Positions 63,743 to 64,000 of a stretch of DNA of 64,000 nucleotides are shown here, piece by piece. The stretch spans positions 15,192 through 79,191 of the IMG/VR virus record IMGVR_UViG_3300050821_002957. One strand, 5' to 3'. The notes beneath the pieces are model-generated. The model searched no databases. It was not told the DNA's origin and saw only the letters and a program-made list of their open reading frames with translations. The position numbers and the translations under genes are program-made. This DNA comes from a virus. Every line of letters starts with the position of its first letter. Position 1 is the first letter of the stretch.

Positions 63743-63979
63743 TTACAGTGATCCGTAAATCGGAATGACTTGTGTCAAAGAACCTTGATCAACCGGAGAA
63801 CCAGAAAGTCCCGATACCAACTTCAACCATCTCAGCTTGCCTACCGTGGCAATCATATTCGGCGGCAACATAGAAACCATGTACTGTGTATACGACGGAA
63901 TCGTGATGTTAAGCTCATCTCCAGTGTCATCATAAACAGGGCCAAAATTTATACCATCGGTCGATGATTGGAACGCCAA
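63743..63979 (-). CDS. hypothetical protein (may extend beyond the window)
   Basis: ORF at the window edge. Confidence 0.3.
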   Translation of the reverse strand: MAFQSSTDGINFGPVYDDTGDELNITIPSYTQYMVSMLPPNMIATVGKLRWLKLVSGLSGSPVDQGSLTQVIPIYGSL

Positions 63980-64000
63980 GGTTGCCGATGTCCATCCTGT

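Noticed and set aside
1-64000. tRNA genes, integrase/attachment sites, prophage borders
   Set aside because: No non-coding gap longer than about 100 nt and no cloverleaf-like structure was noticed; gene content and the T4-like late promoters indicate a virulent T4-like genome segment rather than an integrated element.

Overview
This window is a segment of a T4-like (Tevenvirinae-like, distantly related) myovirus genome of roughly 45-50 % GC. I recognised the T4 virion and packaging genes by direct comparison with remembered T4 protein sequences; no database search was possible. All of them lie on the minus strand. Reading in the direction of transcription (high to low coordinates) the order is: gp13 neck (58751-59494), gp14 neck (44112-44846), gp15 tail completion (43060-44112), gp16-like small terminase (40331-40828), gp17 large terminase (20124-21803), gp18 sheath (17178-19562), gp19 tube (16580-17128), gp20 portal (14089-15939), gp67-like core (10911-11408), gp21 prohead protease (9287-9979), gp22-like acidic scaffold (7131-8645) and gp23 major capsid (5730-7043).

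The conserved T4 gene order is interrupted by several insertions:
- An ~18.5 kb block of about 20 co-oriented tail-fibre-like genes, containing at least six paralogue families (three of them tandem triplications), sits between the small and large terminase genes (21888-40328).
- An ~9 kb plus-strand block of early-type genes sits between gp13 and gp14. It includes an RNA 2'-phosphotransferase (Tpt1/KptA) homologue and a Ku homologue. Sigma70-like promoters (TTGACA-N17-TAnnAT) serve the first three genes of the block (Tpt1/KptA, Ku, the 46496 ORF) and genes further downstream; five of the six promoters are placed so that the transcript would start at the A of the ATG, i.e. leaderless.
- Two giant His/Lys/Asp-rich late proteins with DnaJ-type CxxCxGxG motifs lie at 53897-58099.
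- Five free-standing homing-endonuclease genes (four HNH, one GIY-YIG) are scattered through the structural genes.
- A SprT-like metalloprotease gene lies just downstream of the capsid gene, and a 599-aa poly-Asp/Glu protein lies in the head module.

Most minus-strand late genes are preceded by a conserved CTAAATA-type motif, which is the expected counterpart of the T4 late promoter TATAAATA; it is often only 5-9 nt from the start codon. Positions 1-4036 carry plus-strand early-type small ORFs, including a YqhA/UPF0114 homologue and a 5'-truncated HNH gene. I saw no tRNA, CRISPR array or integrase.
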